A DNA stretch of 64,000 nucleotides, from contig CAZLVS010000002.1 in assembly GCA_964563085.1 (NCBI GenBank), positions 62 to 64,061 of the forward strand. Direction: 5' to 3'. Positions 48,441 through 58,700 of the stretch are shown here, piece after piece. The translations under genes and the position numbers were made by a program. Each line of letters begins with the position of its first letter. Position 1 is the first letter of the stretch. The notes under the pieces were generated by a model, which saw only the letters and a list, made by a program, of their open reading frames with translations, was not told where the DNA came from and did no database searches. The stretch comes from an uncultured Ignavibacteria bacterium. Lineage in GTDB: Bacteria > Zixibacteria > MSB-5A5 > UM-FILTER-46-8.

Positions 48441-49286
48441 ATGGACAAACTGAAATCACAATTAATCGGAGTGATTTTAACTGTTCTCCCTATCTTGATC
48501 TTAGTTCCGCATGCAGCAGTGGCAAACGTGAATCTTTCCCCGCCGCAGCCGGATAATGATTACCCGTTGGAAGTGATTATTGAACGTGAAGATAGTCTAT
48601 TAGTCCGTGGTGTAGAGCAGTATATAGCTGATATCCGCATAAATAACACCACCGATGATTACCTTCAGTTCACGTTTCGCACCGAGGTTTATAGCGAAGT
48701 CACCGGCGCTACGCTGGGACCATATGTCGGTCCTTACGTGAGTGGCATACCTTCCGGCTGGAGCCTTTGCGGTCACGTGGAGCATCCTGTCGCAGACTGC
48801 TCCTACATAGGATTTTACCAGTATAGACTCATCGCCTATGTGGAAGAAGACACTCTGGGTTATGGCGAATCTCGCGTTTTCATTACAAACAGCGAAGCCA
48901 ATAACCATCTTCCTGACTGCAAAACCGTGTTCTTTCCCGGGATGTGGGAGTTTTACCTGGTGGATCCCGAAGGTAGGTATCACGGTTTAGATCATTGGAG
49001 CGAAATGGGTAATGGAGAGAACACTTCAACTATCCATCTATTTGCATCGCCGAATCCTTTTAACGCTACAACCAACATCACTTTCGAACTGGCGCAGAAG
49101 TCGGATGTAAAGCTGGAAATCTATAATATCCTGGGCAGGAAAGTTACCACGCTTGCAGAAGGCGTTTATAATGCGGGAACGTACAATATAAACTGGGATG
49201 CATCAGAACAACCGTCAGGCGTATATTTTTATCGCCTGAGTACGCCCAACGAGGTTAAAACCCAGAGAACAACTTTACTGAAATAG
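48441..49286 (+). CDS. secreted protein with diverged pre-CTD domain and T9SS-like CTD
   Basis: AGGAGG RBS, signal peptide, SPNPFN..RTTLLK. Confidence 0.85.
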   Translation: MDKLKSQLIGVILTVLPILILVPHAAVANVNLSPPQPDNDYPLEVIIEREDSLLVRGVEQYIADIRINNTTDDYLQFTFRTEVYSEVTGATLGPYVGPYVSGIPSGWSLCGHVEHPVADCSYIGFYQYRLIAYVEEDTLGYGESRVFITNSEANNHLPDCKTVFFPGMWEFYLVDPEGRYHGLDHWSEMGNGENTSTIHLFASPNPFNATTNITFELAQKSDVKLEIYNILGRKVTTLAEGVYNAGTYNINWDASEQPSGVYFYRLSTPNEVKTQRTTLLK

Positions 49287-49306
49287 GTTCGTTTAGCGGC
49301 TTTTTC

Positions 49307-49337
49307 ATCGGGTCAGGATTACCTGACCCGATTTTTT
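49307..49337 (+). terminator. rho-independent terminator
   Basis: ATCGGGTCAGG-ATTA-CCTGACCCGAT followed by a T run. Confidence 0.7.
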
Positions 49338-49415
49338 ATGGAGTATGCGTACCCCCCCCCGGCACACCCATCTTAAGCTTTCTTCGCCAGCAAATTATAC
49401 CAGCGCCCGAGCGAC

Positions 49416-49444
49416 TTGACAATCATAGCTTTGAATACTATATT
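49416..49444 (+). promoter_or_regulatory. sigma70-like promoter
   Basis: TTGACA-N17-TATATT upstream of the M43 gene. Confidence 0.55.
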
Positions 49445-49476
49445 AATGAAGTAAATCACTGCCGGAGGGGATAAAA

Positions 49477-51123
49477 ATGATATTTAATTACAGATTGCTT
49501 GGCTATCATCGCATCACTCTTGTGGTTTCGCTTACAGTTATTTTGACCATATTTATTTCATCCGATTCTACATCAAGGGGATTTTCACACGAAAGTGATT
49601 TCTGTAATAACTGGGAAGTATACAAAAGAGATCAGATAAAGAAATATGGGAGATTGTACGATCCATGCTATAATGGAGACTGTGATATCCCCAGAAATCG
49701 TAATGAATCAATACCGGAACCCGATGACCCATATTTGTATATTCGCCTGTATTTCAATATCTTCTGTGAAGATGACGGCAGCAACTGCGGCACAACCGAG
49801 TCAATACTCGACCTGCAGATAAGGGAACTCAATAGCGCATTCTCTCCCTCAAGAATCCAGTTTGTTTATGATCATACCTTCATAAACTCAACGGAGTATA
49901 GATATAATCCAGATGTGGAACAGATGAAAAGTATTTATGCCCGGGCTCCCGAATATCAGCTTAATGTATACATTACTGAGGGCGCCGGTTCTTTTGGAAC
50001 ATATCCCTGGGACGACGTAAGATTACCGCTTTCCGATCAGGGCGGTATAGTTATACGTCACGATCGTATTTATCCGGCTCCATATTACGATAATACACTG
50101 GCACATGAAATCGGTCACTGTCTTGGATTATGGCATACATTCCACGGTGTATTTGAAGTACCGGAGTGCGGAGACTGTTATGAAATGGCAAATGGGGAAG
50201 ATGCCGATGTTACCGGAGATCTCTGTTCGGATACGCCGCCGACTCCACGAAACTACGATTGCCGAGATCCAGGCGGTGTCGATCCCTGCTGCGATACTCC
50301 ATGGGGGGAAACGTCTCCTCAAAATTATATGAGCTACAGCGCTCTGGGAGGAACTCCCTGCTGGACCGAGTTTACGCCGCAGCAATGGGGACGGATGCAT
50401 TGCTGGATTGATGCCGTTCTTTCCGGCTGGATTCAATCCGCCGGCTCACAATTGTCTATTGCAATGATCCCGGATGAAAATCCGATTGAAGTTATGCCGG
50501 GCGAGCAGTTCGGGCTTACAGGAATTTTGACAAACAACGGAGACAGCAGCGAAACAGCGGATGTCTGGATAATGCTGATTGCGCCGGAAATAGGGGAACA
50601 TGGTCCCCTACATACTTTCCATGACATCTCCCTACAACCGGGGCAAACAATCAATGCGCACCTTAATCAGCAGGTGCCGATAAACGCCCCATTAGGCATA
50701 TATGATTACATTGCAAACGCAGGAGATTTTCCCGATACAATTTACGATGCTGATACATTTCAATTCACAGTATTTCAGAATTCCGAACAAGGAGATTTCA
50801 GCGATCATAATCGGAGGTGGGTTCTGAGGGGAGGTTTCGACCGGAGTGTATCAAACCTAAAGAGCTTACAAAATGTCAGAAACTATCCTAATCCATTTAA
50901 TTCTTTTACCGAGATATCATTCCAGCTTATTGATGATTCCTATATCGAAATAACTGTTTTTGATATCCTGGGAAGACGAGTTGCAGCGCTTGCCAAAGGT
51001 AACTATAACGCTGGTGCGCACAATATCCGTTGGGATGCGTCAAACCAGCCGTCAGGTATATATTTCTATCGACTGAGTACACCCAATGAGGCTGAAACCA
51101 ATAGAATCACATTAATTAGATAA
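49477..51123 (+). CDS. M43 (pappalysin/ulilysin-like) zinc metalloprotease with pre-CTD domain and T9SS-like CTD
   Basis: HEIGHCLGLWHTF, GDLCSDTPP, NYM Met-turn and FTPQQ..RM motifs. Confidence 0.9.
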   Translation: MIFNYRLLGYHRITLVVSLTVILTIFISSDSTSRGFSHESDFCNNWEVYKRDQIKKYGRLYDPCYNGDCDIPRNRNESIPEPDDPYLYIRLYFNIFCEDDGSNCGTTESILDLQIRELNSAFSPSRIQFVYDHTFINSTEYRYNPDVEQMKSIYARAPEYQLNVYITEGAGSFGTYPWDDVRLPLSDQGGIVIRHDRIYPAPYYDNTLAHEIGHCLGLWHTFHGVFEVPECGDCYEMANGEDADVTGDLCSDTPPTPRNYDCRDPGGVDPCCDTPWGETSPQNYMSYSALGGTPCWTEFTPQQWGRMHCWIDAVLSGWIQSAGSQLSIAMIPDENPIEVMPGEQFGLTGILTNNGDSSETADVWIMLIAPEIGEHGPLHTFHDISLQPGQTINAHLNQQVPINAPLGIYDYIANAGDFPDTIYDADTFQFTVFQNSEQGDFSDHNRRWVLRGGFDRSVSNLKSLQNVRNYPNPFNSFTEISFQLIDDSYIEITVFDILGRRVAALAKGNYNAGAHNIRWDASNQPSGIYFYRLSTPNEAETNRITLIR

Positions 51124-51129
51124 AAACCT

Positions 51130-51293
51130 TAGTCTGTATTCTTCACAAATCCTATCACCGGCAGCGGGAGATTTGCGCTTCCGGCGTTTCTTTGTAATCC
51201 TCAATTCCAATCCGTAGATGACCTGCTTCTATTGAACTCCCGAAAGACAAGCCTTTGATGCGGGTTAATGGGTTTTATGAATTATCCGGGTTA
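51130..51293 (+). mobile_element. 164-bp MITE-like repeat, copy 7
   Basis: Same architecture; lies between convergent genes. Confidence 0.85.
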
Positions 51294-51318
51294 AGCGGTT
51301 ATTTCGTTATCAACCGTT

Positions 51319-52188
51319 TTATTGGCCCCACCAGCAATCGCGGTAAACATCCGGGGATGATTTCGGCAATGGAGGAGGTTGGCAATTCACACAGATAGAA
51401 CTGGTTCTGCTTCCCACCTTGATTTTTTCGATGATACTTCCGCATCGAAGACATTCCTGACCGGCTTTGCCGTAAATCTTATGCTCGATCTGAAAATAAC
51501 CTGCATCGCCATTTTCACTGACAAAATCCCGTATGGAGGAGCCTCCTGCTTTTATTGCTGATTTTAGAATCTTTTGGATAGAAGCATGCAGCTTTTCGGC
51601 ATACTCCCGCTTGATATCGCAACTAATGGTTCTGGGATGGATACCGGCGTCGTAGAGGGACTCATCAACATAAATATTACCGAGTCCGGCGATAATAGAC
51701 TGATCCAATAATAGACTCTTAATCATTTTTTTGTGGCTGAAAAGGATATCGACGAATTCTTCTGCGGAAATCTTTAATGGGTCTGCTCCCAGCGAATCGA
51801 TAATACTCTCTATTTTGCCGCCGTCATCGTCGATCACCATTCTCCCGAATCTTCGGATATCATTAAAAACCAAATAGCGACCATTTTCCTTGAATTCTAT
51901 TATCACATGCGAATGCTTGGGTAGCTCGCTACCCGAAGAAACAACCAGCAGCTTGCCAGTCATTCCCAGATGCGTAAGCATTCTTTCACCTTCGGAAAAT
52001 TCCGTTAGAATATACTTGCCTTTTCTGGATATATGATTGACTCGTTTACCTTTTAACCTGTGCATTTCCCTTTGATTACCACCATTGATAATCTCCGGAA
52101 AATTAATTCCGATCCTTGCAATCGTCAATCCTTCGACATTTTCTCTCAACCCCCGAACGATCACCTCAACTTCCGGTAGTTCTGGCAT
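51319..52188 (-). CDS. mutM: formamidopyrimidine-DNA glycosylase
   Basis: MPELPEVE, RKGKY, HLGMTG, D.RRFG, GLGNIY.DE motifs and Zn finger. Confidence 0.97.
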   Translation of the reverse strand: MPELPEVEVIVRGLRENVEGLTIARIGINFPEIINGGNQREMHRLKGKRVNHISRKGKYILTEFSEGERMLTHLGMTGKLLVVSSGSELPKHSHVIIEFKENGRYLVFNDIRRFGRMVIDDDGGKIESIIDSLGADPLKISAEEFVDILFSHKKMIKSLLLDQSIIAGLGNIYVDESLYDAGIHPRTISCDIKREYAEKLHASIQKILKSAIKAGGSSIRDFVSENGDAGYFQIEHKIYGKAGQECLRCGSIIEKIKVGSRTSSICVNCQPPPLPKSSPDVYRDCWWGQ

Positions 52189-52309
52189 CATGCACCTCTA
52201 TTGTTCTTTTGCTGAATGTTTGAAAATAAAACATCTGTTTTTCTAACCCTTTAATATTATGATAATAAAAATTGTTCCTGATAAGGAGAATTTTAGGATT
52301 TCGTAAAAA

Positions 52310-52954
52310 TTATCCTATAATTCCCGTCCAGTCTTTCATGAGAAAGATCACCCTGCCTATAAGCAGAGAAACGCGAGCCATAACGGTAAATCCGAAGGTG
52401 GAACCGAAACCTATCATAAGAATCCAGATTCCTGCGGTCGCCATTCCGCCAAAGACACCTTTGTGTTCTTTGGAAAAGAAGAAATATACTAAGCCGCAAG
52501 CGACGCCTACAGCTATAAACAAGCTGCCTAAATCCTGCCAAGAACTGAAAGTTATCGGCACAATGGTAGCCTGTAATTGTCTTATGATAAAGTTCTGGAG
52601 AGCCAACGGTATCGCTGCTCCAGTCCCGATTCCCCATATCACCGCAATCGGGTATCGAGCTATATATGCCCATTTAGGGGAAAATCGGCTAAAAAGCAAT
52701 ATACCTATCAATGCAGGAAAAATCAAGAGAAAAATTCCCAGAGTCCCGGGCACCATGTGCCACTCTCCCCTGCTCAGAGGATCAATGAAAATAGGAATGA
52801 ACGTCACTCTTATATAGATAACCAAACCGTAACCGGCGGAAATACCGACCGATAGATGTTCAGCGAATTTATAAAGCAGATTATCCTTATATAGAAAGGA
52901 AAAGACGCATAAGGTAAGAATCGCAGCCAGCCATACGCCGGGATCGGTACTCAT
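52310..52954 (-). CDS. unknown integral membrane protein (~6 TM)
   Basis: Hydrophobic ORF; SFLYKDN..YKFAEH, YFFFS and GFGSTFG.TVMAR motifs. Confidence 0.85.
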   Translation of the reverse strand: MSTDPGVWLAAILTLCVFSFLYKDNLLYKFAEHLSVGISAGYGLVIYIRVTFIPIFIDPLSRGEWHMVPGTLGIFLLIFPALIGILLFSRFSPKWAYIARYPIAVIWGIGTGAAIPLALQNFIIRQLQATIVPITFSSWQDLGSLFIAVGVACGLVYFFFSKEHKGVFGGMATAGIWILMIGFGSTFGFTVMARVSLLIGRVIFLMKDWTGIIG

Positions 52955-53781
52955 AGCCGGGTACCTTTCTTCTTACGCGTAACGAAATAACCGATATTAC
53001 CGATTATGATAAACAAAACGATTACGATATGAGCAAATGATTGAATGCTCATACCCATGGTAGCCATATCCTTATAATTCACCAAATCTTCATATTCCGC
53101 AGCCCCTTTTAGACCTCCGATAATACCGATAACCTGTCCCGAATTAAGATACTGGTAATAGTCGGCCGCCATAACCGCTGTAACGCCGATAGCGAATGGG
53201 AAACCGTAACGTTCCCTTCCCCAGATTATCCACTGGTCTACGCCCGAGGTAGCGTTAATGGTTAACACAAGGTCGATGTCACCATAATTCTTTATCCCCT
53301 GCATCATGGGTAGACCATCCAACGGAGTCCCGTAAAGATCGGTGGGAAAACTCTGCCGGAAATTCTGCCCCATCGACATTATCACAACCGCCGGATAGGG
53401 TCTGTAACCGAGAAAAATGTAGTCTTTTCCATACTCCGCATTCATCTTCTCAGCCATATAAAGTATTTCCTGCTCAATTAGTGTTACGCCGGTGTGATAG
53501 AACAGTCCAGCTATTATATTAATATCCTTGCTCCAGCAATGACGAAGGATGGCATACAACATCGGTTCGAGTTCCGCCATAGTGTCCGGCGCGTATTCGC
53601 AAGGTAAAAGAAGGGTGGAACCGGGAGGTAATTCATCAACAAGGTCATATACATTTTGCACTTCTTTGGTCACCGTAATAGGCAAATCAACCCTCAGAAG
53701 CAGCGGCAATATTACCGACAGCATGATAATCAGGAATATTATACGGCGGTCGATTTTGGTGAGTCGTTCAAAGAAATCCAT
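52951..53781 (-). CDS. unknown membrane-anchored protein (TM - alpha/beta domain - TM)
   Basis: N- and C-terminal TMs; YGKDYIFLGY and GGLKGAAEYE motifs. Confidence 0.85.
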   Translation of the reverse strand: MDFFERLTKIDRRIIFLIIMLSVILPLLLRVDLPITVTKEVQNVYDLVDELPPGSTLLLPCEYAPDTMAELEPMLYAILRHCWSKDINIIAGLFYHTGVTLIEQEILYMAEKMNAEYGKDYIFLGYRPYPAVVIMSMGQNFRQSFPTDLYGTPLDGLPMMQGIKNYGDIDLVLTINATSGVDQWIIWGRERYGFPFAIGVTAVMAADYYQYLNSGQVIGIIGGLKGAAEYEDLVNYKDMATMGMSIQSFAHIVIVLFIIIGNIGYFVTRKKKGTRL

Positions 53782-53782
53782 A

Positions 53783-54403
53783 TCAGTCGGACCCCATATA
53801 GGAACGTTCTATACCCAGCATCACTTTCAGCGCCGTGGCGGCGGCGCCCATCCCGACTCCCATAAAAATAGCCCGCTTTGCGGCTACGTTTGGATAATTT
53901 ATCAATATATCAGCCAGTTTTGGAAATAAACCGAATGAGATTATCGAACCAATAGGCACTCTGCCCATCATTACGATTATTGCCGCCAAAAGTAAGATGG
54001 TGGCTATTACGGTTCTTGCCCTGAAAGCGCGGTATGCGGCAGATGCGATGAAAAAAGCGAGCAATGCAAACAGCGTCGCCGAGATGGGCGCTAAAACATT
54101 GTTATACAGCCATACGAAAACGGGACCGCTTTCAGTGTCTATCAATCCTACCGTCGTCATTCCGAAAAGCGAGACCAGAAGTACTACCGAAATACCCCAG
54201 TTCTCCTTCTTGAAATTTATTTTATCGTAATGTACCAGGATGATACTGAGTATTCCCATCGAAAGGGCGAAAATACCGATTATCTGGAGCCAGATGTTAC
54301 TCACCTCGTACATTATCTCGAAACTCCGATGAGGGATAAAATACTGCAGCGTCAGAATGAAAGCGCAGACAAAAGTTATGGCAATAGGCAGTTGTCGTTT
54401 CAT
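53783..54403 (-). CDS. unknown integral membrane protein (~6 TM)
   Basis: ATLFALLAFFIASAAYRAFR, RAI..G and LGIER motifs. Confidence 0.85.
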   Translation of the reverse strand: MKRQLPIAITFVCAFILTLQYFIPHRSFEIMYEVSNIWLQIIGIFALSMGILSIILVHYDKINFKKENWGISVVLLVSLFGMTTVGLIDTESGPVFVWLYNNVLAPISATLFALLAFFIASAAYRAFRARTVIATILLLAAIIVMMGRVPIGSIISFGLFPKLADILINYPNVAAKRAIFMGVGMGAAATALKVMLGIERSYMGSD

Positions 54404-54404
54404 A

Positions 54405-55634
54405 TCAATTCACCGTTACATCCAATAGTCTGATGAAGAAATCGCTCCCGAAAACTGAGGCGGCAATCAATCCCGCAATGAGGAAAATGACAATTGCCGC
54501 TTTACCTATATCCTGAGCTTTGAGTATGCCCAGTTTTAAAGGATCTTGAGAGAGATAAGCCGATGCGGCATAGAGCTCTTCCCCGATAAGCGTATAGTCG
54601 CAGGCGGCGACGAAAAACGGGATCTGAATCGCTTCATCGGTTCCCCCTATCTGAATAGCGCCGGCTTCGTACCCGGTTTCGGCCAGCATTAATGACTCGG
54701 CGTAGAATTTGCCCAGGAAGAAATTGGTTGCCGGTTTATCGCGCAGCATGATTCCATTGACAGCGGCGGCATAGGGGAACTGCTCCTGGGTGATAAAAAA
54801 CACTTCTTTCTCATTATATAAATCAGGTCTGCCGGCGTCGAGATACGCAGACCTGACCACCTCCTGCGCCACGATCATCGTTTCCGGATAATAGCAGGGA
54901 ACGATAACGCGTGATTGGTATTCGGCGGATTGCTTGGCAACACGTTCCAGAATCGTCATTGCGGCTATAGTCGCCACATCGGAAGCCACACCCAGTCCCG
55001 GAACCACCAAAATCGGTTTTCCCATCTCGGTAGCTCTCCCGATAGCGTCATCTATGGCATTGATACCGGATAGAGGTCGGATGTACAATTCGCGACCATG
55101 TTTTGCGATGCGCAGAACAGTCAGAACCACCAGACAAAAAAGCAAAGCTACCACAAAAGTGGCGGTCTTGCCGGAATGGAACCACTGTCCGCTCGATTGA
55201 ACCGGCCCTAAGATGTTCGATGATACTTCCGAGTCCAGAATATCAATTTTATAGTAGTAATCGACACCATCAAAAACGCCATTTGGGTCTTCGCCGGTTC
55301 CAAACTCATTTCTGTCAATGAACTTGTAGTCTCCGATAGAGGCGAATGCTACCGAATCGAAAGGACCGGATTCGGAACGGGAACGCATAATTCTGTAACC
55401 GATTCCCGGAAATGAAGAATCTACCACTGCCGGTTCCCATACTACGGTGATACTCCTTCCATGATCATTTTTGGTGTCGTAAGCGTCGTAGATTACCGGC
55501 GGTTTAATTACAAATGAAGTGTCGGGAATATCGGTTTCCCGAGCTAAACCATTTGTAAACAGGAAGGCTGAAATTAAGATGGTAAAAAGGAATAAGGTTG
55601 TCACCGAATGATGTCGATCCTGCGAAGTATTCAT
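54405..55634 (-). CDS. DUF6754-like membrane protein with N-terminal FN3-like domain
   Basis: Signal, FN3-like segment (W...YRIMRS...YYY), TM, IR...G..AID.AIGRATEMGKP and YTLIGEELYAASAYL motifs. Confidence 0.75.
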   Translation of the reverse strand: MNTSQDRHHSVTTLFLFTILISAFLFTNGLARETDIPDTSFVIKPPVIYDAYDTKNDHGRSITVVWEPAVVDSSFPGIGYRIMRSRSESGPFDSVAFASIGDYKFIDRNEFGTGEDPNGVFDGVDYYYKIDILDSEVSSNILGPVQSSGQWFHSGKTATFVVALLFCLVVLTVLRIAKHGRELYIRPLSGINAIDDAIGRATEMGKPILVVPGLGVASDVATIAAMTILERVAKQSAEYQSRVIVPCYYPETMIVAQEVVRSAYLDAGRPDLYNEKEVFFITQEQFPYAAAVNGIMLRDKPATNFFLGKFYAESLMLAETGYEAGAIQIGGTDEAIQIPFFVAACDYTLIGEELYAASAYLSQDPLKLGILKAQDIGKAAIVIFLIAGLIAASVFGSDFFIRLLDVTVN

Positions 55635-55709
55635 AAGCGCAAATAAGCAAATCCGCTATTTACGGTCAATTAAAAAAATCGCCGATAAACTGCTGCAGTA
55701 GAGAAGCAA

Positions 55710-58700
55710 TTATGCGGTGGCGGAATCTAAAACCCTTTTGATAGGTTCGGCCGACCGGAATGAATCCGCCATTTCGCGAGGTTTGATTTTAGAAGCGGTT
55801 TCTTCAATTAGTTCCCGTGCGGAATTTATCTCCTGCGTACCGAGCTTCAGGAATTCTCTGTTAGTGGAGTCCGAGGTTAAAAGCGACCCGATTATATATC
55901 GGCTTTCCCATTCCAGTTGCCTGTAGCCGCCCTTGGCGGCGCGCTCAAGCGCAATCTGCAGCATTTCACGCGCTTTTGATTTCCGATTGATAGACTGATA
56001 GAATTTACCCAACGAAAGGAAGGCATAAGCGCCATACTCGCTGAAATCATCTTCAGCTAAACTCTCCAGTTTTTCGGCATAGGCGGCGGCATTTTGGTCT
56101 TTACGATACGAGAATGTATCCATCAATGCGCTCAATGCTTTGATGGTATATATCCTGGCTCCGATGCGCTCTCCGATTTCCGTGGCTTCCAAAGCGTCAC
56201 GATGCGCATCTTCAATATCACCCAGCGCCAATTTGTCAAAAGCGTAACCGGCGAGCAGTTCGGTGATCAGCTCTTCATCGCCCAGAGATTTCGCTAACTC
56301 CATCGCTTTGCCGTGGTTCTCAAGCGCCAGCCTCGGTTGATACATTTGAAGATAAAGATCCCCGAGATTCGAATATGTATATGCCGTTCCTGCAGTATCG
56401 CCAATGCGCTCTAAAACCTTCAGCGCCTCGGTAAACGCCTCCTCAGCATCGGAGTAATTAGCCAGATTCTTGGAGACATAGCCGATATTGCCCAGGCAGT
56501 AGCTTCTGTTGCGACGGTCGCCGACCCGTTCAAAAGCGTCGGCGGCTTTTCGGATATTCTCCATCGCCAAATCTATCTTGCCAGTATCCAGATAGATAAG
56601 CCCCAGGTTATTAAGTATCTTGGCTTCGCCCTCGATATCGGAAAGCTTGCTGCGTATCTCCAGAGCCTGCATGTAAATCGAGAGCGCTTCATCCAGCTCT
56701 CCCAAAGCCCAGAGAGTAATACCCAGGCTATTTAAGCTGCTCGCTATCTCGTTATCGTCATCTATCTCCCGATAGATTTCGGCCGCTATCCTGAATTTTT
56801 CGGCCGCCGTTTTGAAATCTCCCTTGCGCCTGGCTACCTCCGCAATGGAGAAAACACTGGATGCCTTACCGGCGAGATTACTGGACTTCTCCGATAACCG
56901 CAGTCCGGTCTGAGCCGATCTTAGAGCCGAACCGTATTCCCCTTTAAGCCAGCGCGATTCGGCAATGAAGTTGAGGATTATCGGGACCTGCTGATTCATC
57001 TTCCAGCGTTTCAATTTTCCTTTGAGTTGTTCGAACGCCTGCTCGGCGTCATCATAGGAGCCGGTTCTAAGATAAACATTAGCTTTAGCTTTAATAACAT
57101 GGCAGACTTTATCGCTATCGATGTAATTGGGCAATCTCCCGGGCCTGTTGAACATCTTCTCGGCGCTGCTATAAAAACGTATCGCTTCCCCGTTGGCGAA
57201 AATCGATACCGCTTTATCCCCCGCTTCAATTAAGTACTTGAAGGCTTTGTCTTTGCGGCTGCTGTGGGAATAATGATGCGCCAACAGCTCGAGATGAGAA
57301 TGGAGATTATCCCTGTATTTATTCTCCAGCCTTTCGCCAACTCTTCCATGGAGCTTTTCACGCTCTGAGAAGGATTGACATTGATAAGCAACTTCCTGCG
57401 TCATGATATGCTTGAATATATATCCCGGATTAGCCCCCTGGTTATCGATAGGGGTTAAATCCAGCGACGCCAGTTTACTCAGATGGTCGATAAGCGCATC
57501 CCTGGATACTTTATAGGGGAAGATACTCTCGAGCAGGTTAAGATCGAAAGAGCGTCCTATTACCGCCGCGGTCTTTATTACATCTTTGGATGCTTCAGGC
57601 AGCCGATCTATACGCGAAAGCACCAGGCTGTTGATATTATCCGGCAGTTCCAGATTTTTCATATCCCCTACAAAACTTAAATAGCCGGTGTCTTCATCAG
57701 TCTGAATGAAGCCATTATCTATAAGCGAACGGATTATCTCGCCTGCGTAGAATGGGTTCCCCTGCGCCCTTTCAACAACGATCTTCTGAACTTCTTCCGG
57801 GATATCAGGGATATTCAACATAGATACAATCAGCTCAGTAGATTCCTCCGGCGGAAGCGCTTCAAGATTAATCAGGGAGGATTGTCTATATGCAACCGAG
57901 TTCTCAATCTTGTTTTCGGGCCTGGTTACCGAAACTATCATCAGCCCCTTAATCGGCTCTTCCTCGAAGATATAATTCAGGAATTCGAAGGAGGTTTCAT
58001 CTATCCAGTGAATATCCTCCAGTATTACATAATACTGCCGGTTATTCGCCTGATATCTCAATATGGCATGAAGCAAATCGAATAATCTCTGGTGACGGAT
58101 TCTGGTATCCAGGTTCGTTGTCTCCGCTGTTTCCGGTAATCCAAGTTCTAAAATATCATTCAGTGTCGGTTCCCATCCGGAAAGCGATGCGCCGGAACTT
58201 ATCTCGTGGAGAAGCTCCCTATCGAAATCTTTGCCTTTCACGTGCAATATTTTCTCGAAAATCGGCTTCCAGGGTAAAAATGGAATGGCGCTGCCGTAGG
58301 ATTGACATGCCCCGATGAATCCGGGAATGCCTTTTTGCTCCGCCAACTCCAAAAATCTTGCGGTCAATCGAGACTTGCCGATACCGGCTTCCCCCTGAAT
58401 TACTACCGACCGGAATTCTCCCCGGAGAGTCTGCTCGATATTCTCGATTAACTTCTGAGTTTCCTTCTTTCTGCCAACCATCGGACCGGAATGCGCCGAT
58501 AGCGCCTCGTTTACCAGGTCCGTTTCTTCGTCGCTCTCATCTGATACCGTATACACGGGAATAGGATTGGATTTACCCTTCACGGTAACTTCTCCGGCGG
58601 AATCAACTTTCAGGTTGTCCAGTTTGGATTTCACCTTTTCTCCAAGAAGAATGCTGTTGGTTTCGGCTTTGGACATCAAGCGCGCCGCCAGGTTAACATC

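Noticed and set aside
49352-49360. C9 tract as a phase-variation switch
   Set aside because: It lies about 55 bp upstream of the -35, outside the promoter spacer and the CDS
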